From assembly GCA_963666345.1 (NCBI GenBank), contig OY762721.1, positions 3,744,001 to 3,808,000 of the forward strand: 64,000 bases of DNA. Reading direction: 5' to 3'. Under the pieces are notes generated by a model. The model did no database searches and had not been told where the DNA came from. It saw only the letters and a program-made list of their open reading frames with translations. Of this stretch, positions 58,854-64,000 are shown piece by piece. This DNA is from Desulfatiglandales bacterium. GTDB taxonomy: Bacteria > Desulfobacterota > DSM-4660 > Desulfatiglandales > Desulfatiglandaceae. Both the position numbers and the translations under genes were made by a program. The first letter of the stretch is position 1. Each line of letters begins with the position of its first letter.

Positions 58854-60836
58854 TCAGATCAGATGCTGGCTGAATATGTCCCTTGTCTTGTAGGGAAGAT
58901 CCGAAGGATCGGATACGATCTTCCTGTCCGTGGCATAGGCCGTAAGTTTTCCGAACCGGGATCTTTCATCACCGGTCAGATCCGTGCTGTTCCTGGTAAG
59001 CATGTAAAAGACCAGTATGCCGGTATCGGCGGCCTCCTTGATTGCCATCCCGGAATCATACAGGGCGTTTTCATAATTACTGTCCGAAGGCATTCCGTCC
59101 GCGAATATAAAGAGTATCCTGGTTTTCTTCGGTTCCATGAGCAGCCTTTCGGCTATGCTCCTTATGGCGGCCCCGTCCCTGTTCGCGTAATGAGAGTCAA
59201 GACCTGTGAGACAGGACACATCCTTTGCCTCATAAATGTCTGTTTCGTTTTTGGACTGGTACATGTAGAGCCTCTGGGTGAAGGAGCCCTTGAGCTCCAG
59301 GTCCTCAATGGCCGTGTAAATGGCGGCCGCTGCGATCTTTTCGATATCAAGCACCTTCATGTCTTTTTTGGGGTCCAGCAGGTCCGCCTGAAAAGGGACG
59401 ATATTGGCGGAGGTGGACCCTGAGGCATCGATCAGGTAATAGATCGCGTAATCTCTTCTGTTTCGGACGGACGCGTCATAATATCTCTGCTCCCTTGCGA
59501 ACTTGGGATCGATACTGGCATAGACCACCCCCACGGGATTGAAGGATTCAGGTATGCCCTGCATCCTTTTCACCTGGAGCCGGTTCAGCTTAAGCTCTTC
59601 AAACTGCTCGGTTATGCTGGATATCAAAGTGGGATAATACCTGCGGATCATGTGAACAAACCTGGGGTCTCCCTGCTCAAGCCGTTGATAATTGACCTTG
59701 AATGGAACGGACTGAAGCCCCCATTTGCCGTATCCGAACACGACCCCCCCCTCAGGCTCAGATTGCGAAAACCCGCCAGGTTCGCCTGCCTCCGTATAAT
59801 CGATGCACAGGTCGGAGGCGATCTTTTTTATCCCGGCCAGCACCTCATCTTCGATGGAAAGGAGGTGCTCCAGGGAATCCGGTTTTACCGGGCCCCGGTT
59901 GAAATCATGGGCCGCGCGCACGGAAGCGGCCGGCATGGTGTTATTTTCTTTGTCTGCCCATTGCGGAAACTGAAGCCTTAAAAGGGGATAAAAACGGCGC
60001 AGCATCCTTATGGAATCAACAATAGATCCGAGGGCAAGGCCTTTTACCTCTGAGTAGAGATGATTTGTCAATTCAAGGTAATTGCTTATTCCCTTTGCCT
60101 TCAGTTCCGGTACGGTCGGTTTGGCGAAAAAGTCCTGCTCTTTACCTGTCAGCTCATCAAGTGAGCCGTAGCTGCCGTTTATGGCGAGCCTTTTTGCCGG
60201 GTCCCGGGAGACAAGTTCGGCAAGGGTCTTCCCGCACATTATCTTCCTTTGAAGGGCGCAGATGAAGTCTTCCTGATCATCGCCCCTGTATTTCCCCTTA
60301 AGCCCGATCATGACCAGGTTCAGAAAGTCAAGACACAGGCCATAGTCCTTCCTGTGCATGAACCTGGCAATGAGGTTGGCCTCGACCCTGAAGTCCTCAA
60401 GGCAGCCTAAGATTCTCCGCGCAAGTTCGGCATTACCCAGTTCCTCGAAGATATCTTCAAGATTGAGCGGTAGGAAACTTCCTTCAAGTATATGGGCCGC
60501 CTCGTGAATCAGGAGCGCTTTGTATATGGTGATATTCCTGTTCCTGTTAGTTACGGCAGGCCCGTCAGCGGGGAAAAGATCAATTGAAGGGGAGAGCCTG
60601 ATCTCGAAAAGGTCCTTTCCCGCCCCCTCCCTCTGTTTTATTACAACGGTTTCGGCAAGCGAACTTCCCGGTCTTACAGGCACGTAATTGTTTAAAAGAG
60701 GAATGGTCACCCCGTGGAAATGGTCTGAAAAAAGGGGTGATAAGAGAAAATCGGTTAGAGAAACACCATCCGTGCAACCGCTTTCAAGGACGGCTCTGAT
60801 CTCCAGCAGGGTCTTCTTTTCAGCTTGATCAAGCAT
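58854..60836 (-). CDS. NorD/CobT/CbbO-like vWA protein with HExxH region
   Basis: IHEAAH, LEDFRVE, MIDAS LIDASGST, NRDGAAIR, FADGMPSD. Confidence 0.8.
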   Translation of the reverse strand: MLDQAEKKTLLEIRAVLESGCTDGVSLTDFLLSPLFSDHFHGVTIPLLNNYVPVRPGSSLAETVVIKQREGAGKDLFEIRLSPSIDLFPADGPAVTNRNRNITIYKALLIHEAAHILEGSFLPLNLEDIFEELGNAELARRILGCLEDFRVEANLIARFMHRKDYGLCLDFLNLVMIGLKGKYRGDDQEDFICALQRKIMCGKTLAELVSRDPAKRLAINGSYGSLDELTGKEQDFFAKPTVPELKAKGISNYLELTNHLYSEVKGLALGSIVDSIRMLRRFYPLLRLQFPQWADKENNTMPAASVRAAHDFNRGPVKPDSLEHLLSIEDEVLAGIKKIASDLCIDYTEAGEPGGFSQSEPEGGVVFGYGKWGLQSVPFKVNYQRLEQGDPRFVHMIRRYYPTLISSITEQFEELKLNRLQVKRMQGIPESFNPVGVVYASIDPKFAREQRYYDASVRNRRDYAIYYLIDASGSTSANIVPFQADLLDPKKDMKVLDIEKIAAAAIYTAIEDLELKGSFTQRLYMYQSKNETDIYEAKDVSCLTGLDSHYANRDGAAIRSIAERLLMEPKKTRILFIFADGMPSDSNYENALYDSGMAIKEAADTGILVFYMLTRNSTDLTGDERSRFGKLTAYATDRKIVSDPSDLPYKTRDIFSQHLI

Positions 60837-60838
60837 GT

Positions 60839-62035
60839 CTAAAGAGTTGTTCCGTCTTCCGGCCTGGGCAGAAGCCCCACTTCGGTCGCAATGATCCTGA
60901 GAAATGTATCCTGATTGCTGTTGTTGTTGAGCTCTCTTTCCTTTAAGGCACCGTGAAGCACCCTGTTCAGGGTGTCATAGGTAACGCCCATCCTTGCCGC
61001 CTTTTCACCGTAACGGGGCAGGTAATCCCTGTACGCCCTGAACCCGTCGGTTACGACCCTCTGGTCGGGGTATACGATCGAAAGTGTCTCGCTTTTCTCC
61101 CTTTCCTGCAGCAGACGGTTTGCCCTTTCGCCAAGCGAGTCATAGGAGAAGACATTTGGGTTTACCAGCCCCCTGAGTGCGGTAAGAAAAATCAGAAAGT
61201 CATAGAAAAAATCCCCCTTGCCCTTGAGCTCGCCTGTAAGCCTGTTTGAGACGTCCCTGTCTTCGATGATCGATCTGTCAAAGTAACGGTATGTCTCCTG
61301 GAGCCGCGTCTGCTCGGAGCTGAGAGCCTTTCCGTCACTGGTCGACCAGCGTCCTTCCCTGTTTTCCGTGAAGATGTAGGCGCCGTTTGAACCATCGCGC
61401 AGTATGCCCCTTTCAACCAGGGGTATGCTGAAATGCTCGCCCATCCTCTCAAAGGCGATATAAGCGGAAAGGATCGAATCAAGGTCCCTGAAATTGAAGG
61501 GATTGACCCTGCTTTTGTGCGAGAACTCGAAGTTGTCCCGTCCCGTGTTGCTCTTGGGCGGATTGAAAGTCTCGGTGTATATGAAATTTTCTATGTCCCA
61601 GCCTTCGTTGTCCCGCATGTAACCAAGGGATCTTTCGTTTCCCAGATCGTCAAGAATGACAAAGTCGAGGTAGTCGTCAGACAGAAGCGTGGAGAGGTAT
61701 TTCTGTATCTCGCGGGGCATCTCGCTTGTCTCCTCGTTGATCAGGATGCCTCCCTGCTTGAGCGCCGTCTTGAACTGCGTGATTGAGTACTCGGTCCTTC
61801 CGTTTACCAGCATCGGCCTTCCGAGGTAGTCGTAGGTCTGTTCATGGAGCTGGCAGTTCCTTGAAAAGACCGCCTTTTTCATGATAGAGGCCACATACCT
61901 TATGGCGCTTGATTTTCCATGTCCCGGATCGCCTGAAAGGGCTATGTTGTTCCTTCTTGAGATGGCGTGGACAAGCCACCTTATCTCGTCTATTTCAGGG
62001 ATGTCCCCCTGGTTTGCGATGTATATTCTTTCCAT
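60839..62035 (-). CDS. MoxR/NorQ/CbbQ-like AAA+ ATPase, divergent
   Basis: GDPGHGKSS Walker A, ILINEE Walker B variant, TFNP sensor 1; 2-bp gap to vWA gene. Confidence 0.78.
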   Translation of the reverse strand: MERIYIANQGDIPEIDEIRWLVHAISRRNNIALSGDPGHGKSSAIRYVASIMKKAVFSRNCQLHEQTYDYLGRPMLVNGRTEYSITQFKTALKQGGILINEETSEMPREIQKYLSTLLSDDYLDFVILDDLGNERSLGYMRDNEGWDIENFIYTETFNPPKSNTGRDNFEFSHKSRVNPFNFRDLDSILSAYIAFERMGEHFSIPLVERGILRDGSNGAYIFTENREGRWSTSDGKALSSEQTRLQETYRYFDRSIIEDRDVSNRLTGELKGKGDFFYDFLIFLTALRGLVNPNVFSYDSLGERANRLLQEREKSETLSIVYPDQRVVTDGFRAYRDYLPRYGEKAARMGVTYDTLNRVLHGALKERELNNNSNQDTFLRIIATEVGLLPRPEDGTTL

Positions 62036-62072
62036 TTTGGACGAGCCTTTATTTCATAATAAAAAATGTGTC

Positions 62073-62133
62073 AAAGTGCCTAAAGTGAACTAAAGTTGAA
62101 AGTGCCTAAAGTTGCGGAGTCGCTTTGCTCCGC
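62073..62133. repeat. AAAGTGCCT-like short repeats plus GCGGAG/CTCCGC hairpin (REP-like)
   Basis: aaagtgcct aaagtgaact aaagttg aaagtgcct aaagtt gcggag tcgctttg ctccgc. Confidence 0.7.
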
Positions 62134-62457
62134 TATTTAAAAGAGTGCCAGGTCCTTTGGGCCGGTGGTTGCGTGCAATCTACTGAGGCCGTTGTCTGTT
62201 TTTCCAGGTGCCTTACAGGGTTGTGAAACATATCAGATGTTCGGCAAAAAAATCAAGCAATTAAATGGGTTGCCGGTCTCAAGACAGGGCATTGGCGCAC
62301 GGGTAGCCGTGCACAGGGGGATTCTTGCGTATGATCAGGATACCGGATGGAAAATAAAAGCGTTCAGGCTTCATTATACATCAATTCGATGATTTACTCT
62401 GAAATATCGATCGGTCATGTTTGGATCGCACAGATAAAAAAGGAAATCCCTATTATT

Positions 62458-63999
62458 TCATCCTCTAATTTTAGCCAGTTCCTCTTTTACCGCAATCCCT
62501 ATCTTTTCTATGGTGTAAGGCTTCTTTACATGTTTTCCCGCACCCAATTTTTGTGCCTCTTTTACCCTCTGTGTCTCAGAAAAACCGCTTGCAATGATTG
62601 CCTTTTGTTTAGGGCATATTTCAAGTATCCGCCTGTATGTTTCAAGACCGTCTATCCCAGGATCCATGATCATATCTAAAACCAACAGATCAATTGAGGT
62701 GCTTCTTATATATTCAACCGCTTCTTCCCCGCCTGACACCGCAGCCACCCTGTAGCCCAATCTAGAGAAAATCATCACGGCTATTTCTCTTTGCTCTTTT
62801 ACATCATCCACAACCAGAATGGACTCTCCATTTCCCGAATACTCATCAATAGATAATTCGTATGCATTTTTTTGCAATTCTTTTCTGGTTACTGGAAAAT
62901 AGAGTGTAAAAGATGTCCCCTTTTTAGGTGCACTTTGAATGTCGATATATCCCTTATGGTCCTTAACCGTGCCCCATACAACGGCCATGCCCAGACCGGT
63001 TCCGCTTCTTCCCATGATCTTTTTGGTGTAGAAGGGCTCGAATATCTTTTCCTTATCCTCTGAAGAGATTCCAACGCCTGTATCTGAAATCGTAAGGGTG
63101 GCGTAATCACCCTCCTTTACCTCGTCATATCCTCTTACCGGTGTGTCAATGTATCTGTTTTCAGTGGATATGATAATCCTGCCCCCGCCGGGCATGGCTT
63201 CGGCGGCGTTGGATACCAGATTCATAACCGTTTTCGAGACATGCACGGGAGAGCCCATAATATTCAGAAGATCTTTTTCAAGATCGGTCTTCACCTCGAC
63301 TTCAGGATGAAATGATTTCAATTTCTCATATTCAGGGCTATCCAGATACTCGGTAATAATATTATTAAGATTCACGATTTCAGTTGCAGCGACGCCTCTC
63401 CTTGCCAAGGTCAACAGATCCTGGACGATTGCGGCGGATTTTATCCCGGTCTTTCTGATGGTTTCAACAGGCTTCCTTAGAGTGCTTTCTTCAGGCAGCT
63501 GCATCAGGAGCAGGTCAGGATAGCTTACGATTCCGCACAGGATATTATTCAAATCGTGAGCCACGCCTCCGGCAAGGGTTCCTATGGATTCCATCTTCTC
63601 AGCACGTCGCAACTGGGCCTGAAGCCTAATTCTTTCCTGTTCTGCTATATTATCGTCGGTGATGTCTTTACAAACGCCGCGGTAGCCGGTTAATTCACCG
63701 CTTTCATCCAGTACGGGGAAGCCGTTGGTCAGAAGGCAAACCCTTTTACCTTCTTTGGACAGGGCAAAATTTTTTAAATCAACAATCGGTTTTTTCGCCG
63801 AAACAAGTCGTTTAAAAGCGTTCACGGCCCATCTCGCTTCGTCTTCCGGCATCAGGTCAAAAAGGGTTTTCCCGATAAGTTCCTCGGGGTCATATCCGAT
63901 AATTTGCTTGGCCGTGTCTGATATGAAAGTGTATTTGCCTTTACTGTCGAGTTCCCAGATGCAGTCTGCCATGCTATATGAGATATCCCTGAAACGCTC
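62458..63999 (-). CDS. PAS-domain hybrid sensor histidine kinase/receiver, 5'-truncated by window edge
   Basis: PAS/PAC, AHDLNNIL H-box, N-box, DTGVGI, FEPFYT, GTGLG, receiver VVDD/LDMIM/KP. Confidence 0.93.
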   Translation of the reverse strand, partial: ERFRDISYSMADCIWELDSKGKYTFISDTAKQIIGYDPEELIGKTLFDLMPEDEARWAVNAFKRLVSAKKPIVDLKNFALSKEGKRVCLLTNGFPVLDESGELTGYRGVCKDITDDNIAEQERIRLQAQLRRAEKMESIGTLAGGVAHDLNNILCGIVSYPDLLLMQLPEESTLRKPVETIRKTGIKSAAIVQDLLTLARRGVAATEIVNLNNIITEYLDSPEYEKLKSFHPEVEVKTDLEKDLLNIMGSPVHVSKTVMNLVSNAAEAMPGGGRIIISTENRYIDTPVRGYDEVKEGDYATLTISDTGVGISSEDKEKIFEPFYTKKIMGRSGTGLGMAVVWGTVKDHKGYIDIQSAPKKGTSFTLYFPVTRKELQKNAYELSIDEYSGNGESILVVDDVKEQREIAVMIFSRLGYRVAAVSGGEEAVEYIRSTSIDLLVLDMIMDPGIDGLETYRRILEICPKQKAIIASGFSETQRVKEAQKLGAGKHVKKPYTIEKIGIAVKEELAKIRG

Positions 64000-64000
64000 T

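Overview
64-kb window of a bacterial chromosome; gene content and repeat style suggest a Desulfobacterota/deltaproteobacterium (inference). Housekeeping DNA occupies ~1-30,200 (arnT-like, trkAH, rfaE1, yicC-remA-gmk-rlmB, maf, tatD, GAF-PilB/GspE ATPase, argC, purE, tsaC, M16 peptidase, recX, tenA, fabH) and ~49,850-64,000 (Mla/MCE ABC operon, radical SAM, split UxaA/SuyAB-like lyase, MoxR AAA + vWA module, hybrid kinase). Between them (~30,900-49,760) is an accessory island that reads as an integron cassette array with no integrase in the window: an attI-like GTT site and 7-8 attC-like hairpins, several with matching core/inverse-core pairs. Cassettes: a divergent GNAT-like protein, a UG/Abi-class reverse transcriptase ending in an unusual Tyr-Gly7-Tyr tail, a complete Sir2-APAZ/short-Argonaute (SPARSA) operon, a broken YhcG, two type II TA pairs, an MscS-like protein, a GAPOR/AOR-family oxidoreductase and an alpha/beta hydrolase. 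The array is heavily parasitised: IS1182 ends sit exactly at the attC GTT twice, group II intron ends sit at GT^T of attC core sites, and IS200, IS630, IS4 and REP/RAYT-like remnants are nested in it. Best candidate for a new system: the cassette-borne, probably Tyr-primed antiviral RT directly beside SPARSA. All calls are by eye; no database searches or folding programs were run.
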